This document shows positions 62,292-64,000 of a stretch of DNA of 64,000 nt, piece after piece. Location of the stretch: positions 540,390-604,389 of the forward strand of contig CAWBEX010000008.1 in the NCBI GenBank assembly GCA_963787895.1, given 5' to 3'. The notes beneath the pieces were generated by a model, which saw only the letters and a program-made list of their open reading frames with translations, did not search any database and had not been told where the DNA came from. This stretch comes from an uncultured Alphaproteobacteria bacterium (GTDB taxonomy: Bacteria; Pseudomonadota; Alphaproteobacteria; Rhizobiales; Aestuariivirgaceae). How positions within the stretch are numbered: the first letter of the stretch is position 1; the number at the start of each line of letters is the position of its first letter. A program made the position numbers and the translations under genes.

Positions 62292-63091
62292 TGCGCAAGG
62301 CTTCATGGTTGATCCCGACAGTCTACATCATATTTCTGATGCTGCCGATCTACTGGCTGGTATCGATGTCATTCAAGACGACGAATGAGATACTTGGGTC
62401 CTTCACGCTGTTCCCGCAGAGCCCGACGCTGGAAAACTACGTCACGATTTTCACTGACCCGACCTGGTACATGGGCTATGTCAATTCACTGATCTATGTC
62501 AGCCTGAACACGGTGCTCTCGGTCGCGGTTGCTCTTCCAGCTGCATATGCGTTCTCGCGCTATCGCTTCCTTGGTGACAAGCATCTGTTCTTCTGGCTGC
62601 TCACGAACCGCATGGCCCCGGCAGCAGTGTTTGCGCTGCCATTTTTCCAGTTGTACTCGGCTATAGGTATTTTTGACACCCACCTGGCCGTGGCATTGGC
62701 CCATACGCTCTTCAATGTTCCGCTTGCGGTGTGGATTCTGGAAGGCTTCATGTCTGGTGTGCCCAAGCAGCTTGACGAGACAGCCTATGTTGATGGCTAC
62801 TCGTTCCCGTCCTTTTTCGTGAAGATATTCATTCCCACGATCGCCGCCGGCATCGGCGTCGCCGCGTTCTTCTGCTTCATGTTTTCCTGGGTTGAGCTGT
62901 TGCTCGCAAAAACCCTCACCGCTGTTGAGGCCAAGCCAATCGCAGCTACGATGACCAAGACCGCTTCGTCGTCAGGCTATGAACTGGGTTTGCTCGCCGC
63001 AGCCGGTACGCTGACAATCATCCCTGGCGCAATCGTCATCTGGTTCGTGCGCAACTATATCGCCAAGGGCTTTGCCCTGGGCCGGGTATAG
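62291..63091 (+). CDS. Glycerol ABC transporter permease (GlpQ-like)
   Basis: CUT1 permease with LDETAYVDGYS loop. Confidence 0.9.
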   Translation: MRKASWLIPTVYIIFLMLPIYWLVSMSFKTTNEILGSFTLFPQSPTLENYVTIFTDPTWYMGYVNSLIYVSLNTVLSVAVALPAAYAFSRYRFLGDKHLFFWLLTNRMAPAAVFALPFFQLYSAIGIFDTHLAVALAHTLFNVPLAVWILEGFMSGVPKQLDETAYVDGYSFPSFFVKIFIPTIAAGIGVAAFFCFMFSWVELLLAKTLTAVEAKPIAATMTKTASSSGYELGLLAAAGTLTIIPGAIVIWFVRNYIAKGFALGRV

Positions 63092-63105
63092 GGAGGTCAT
63101 CAAAC

Positions 63106-63429
63106 ATGGAAGACCTCGTTGCATTTTCAGCTAATTGGTGGATCCAGCCGCTTGGTACCTGGATGGCATGGACACGGGCCACGGCGGCCTTTTTCATCTT
63201 CATTGTGAGCTGCATAGCAGCGATGGGGGTCTGGGAATACTGCCGGCCAGGCGGCGCGCCGCGCCACGGCGTATTCGCCATCGACACAACCCGCGGCGAC
63301 CGGCTGTTCATTTCGTTGCTGGGTTCGGCGTTCATTTTCATTGCCTGGCTTTACCTTTTCGGATCGCCACTGTGGTGGCCTTTGCTGATTGCGCTTGTGT
63401 GGGCGGGGTTCGTGTTCCGAAAAGTCTGA
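63106..63429 (+). CDS. DUF2160 small membrane protein (GlpU-like)
   Basis: WMAWTRATAAFF..TTRGDRLFISLLGSAFI, the pattern of the small gene in rhizobial glycerol ABC operons. Confidence 0.85.
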   Translation: MEDLVAFSANWWIQPLGTWMAWTRATAAFFIFIVSCIAAMGVWEYCRPGGAPRHGVFAIDTTRGDRLFISLLGSAFIFIAWLYLFGSPLWWPLLIALVWAGFVFRKV

Positions 63430-63504
63430 TCAACTTGAAAGTTTGCGCAAGCATGCCAGGATAGTAACAATCGCAATTGATCAATTACGGATTGGAGACA
63501 CGCG

Positions 63505-64000
63505 ATGTTTGGTTTTTTCCGAAAGCAGCTGGAATTGCCGACGGCTGAGGAAGCTTTGCCCGGGCGCGCTCAAGCAATACCGACTGCCAGAAACCACTTC
63601 GTAAATGGCAACCCCCTGAAAGGCCCATACCCGCTGGGCTATGAGACGGCTTGTCTGGCCTTTGGTTGCTACTGGGGCTGCGAGCGCGTGTTTTGGAACC
63701 TGCCGGGTGTGTGGGTGACAGCGGTTGGCAATATCGCAGGCACCACGCCAAATCCCACCTACAAGGAAGTCTGTAGCGGAAAGACCGGCCATGCCGAAGC
63801 GGTCATGTTGGTGTTTGACCCGAAGGTCATTTCATATGAGCAGGTGCTGAAACACTTCTGGGAAGCACACGACCCTACCCAAGGCATGCGTCAGGGCAAT
63901 GATGTCGGCACCCAGTATCGCTCCGGCATCTACTGGAAGTCCGATTCCCAAAGGGATGTCGCCCTGACCTCCAAGGCCGCCTATCAGGCTGCGCTGGATC
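63505..64000 (+). CDS. msrA: Peptide-methionine (S)-S-oxide reductase, truncated by the window end
   Basis: Read by hand from ATG 63505: MFGFFRKQLELP..FGCYWGCER..NPTYKEVCSGKTGHAEAV..HDPTQGMRQGNDVGTQYRSGIY; not in the ORF track because it has no stop in the window. Confidence 0.95.
   Translation, partial: MFGFFRKQLELPTAEEALPGRAQAIPTARNHFVNGNPLKGPYPLGYETACLAFGCYWGCERVFWNLPGVWVTAVGNIAGTTPNPTYKEVCSGKTGHAEAVMLVFDPKVISYEQVLKHFWEAHDPTQGMRQGNDVGTQYRSGIYWKSDSQRDVALTSKAAYQAALD

Noticed and set aside
63505-64000. MsrA active site GCYWG instead of GCFWG
   Set aside because: Conservative aromatic substitution with the catalytic Cys retained; unlikely to signal new function.

Overview
Chromosomal window of an alphaproteobacterium; the gene set and order point to Hyphomicrobiales/Rhizobiales, but the exact taxon cannot be fixed from sequence alone. 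From about 14.9 kb to 64 kb it is conserved core: TIGR02300, aroA-cmk-rpsA-sppA-ihfB-lapA-pyrF-trpFBA-accD-folC, trxA-addAB-murU-tsaE/amgK-divL-like, ahcY-HPr-EIIA-hprK-chvG-chvI, pckA, MarR, polA, an acyltransferase, tpa, tRNA-Ser, a glycerol catabolic/ABC cluster and a partial msrA. The left ~14.7 kb is accessory. It holds an SSS-transporter locus with an exonuclease-CBS-DUF294 fusion, followed by an island abutting the 3' end of tRNA-Ala(GGC). The island ends in a coupled DUF3489-DUF2924-large serine recombinase operon with a multi-hairpin leader. The most striking feature is not explained by the annotation: the spacers between island cargo blocks contain clusters of degenerate ~28-31 bp imperfect palindromes (arms like AAYGTCCGC / GCGGACRTT around a 12-13 nt spacer, often containing GGGYC or GGGCG and mostly in the same polarity). 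The last copy sits directly at the start of the recombinase leader. This suggests a cassette-capture, integron-like system built on a serine recombinase module. That interpretation is inference and needs comparative and experimental tests. No tools or database searches were run; family names come from recognising motifs.
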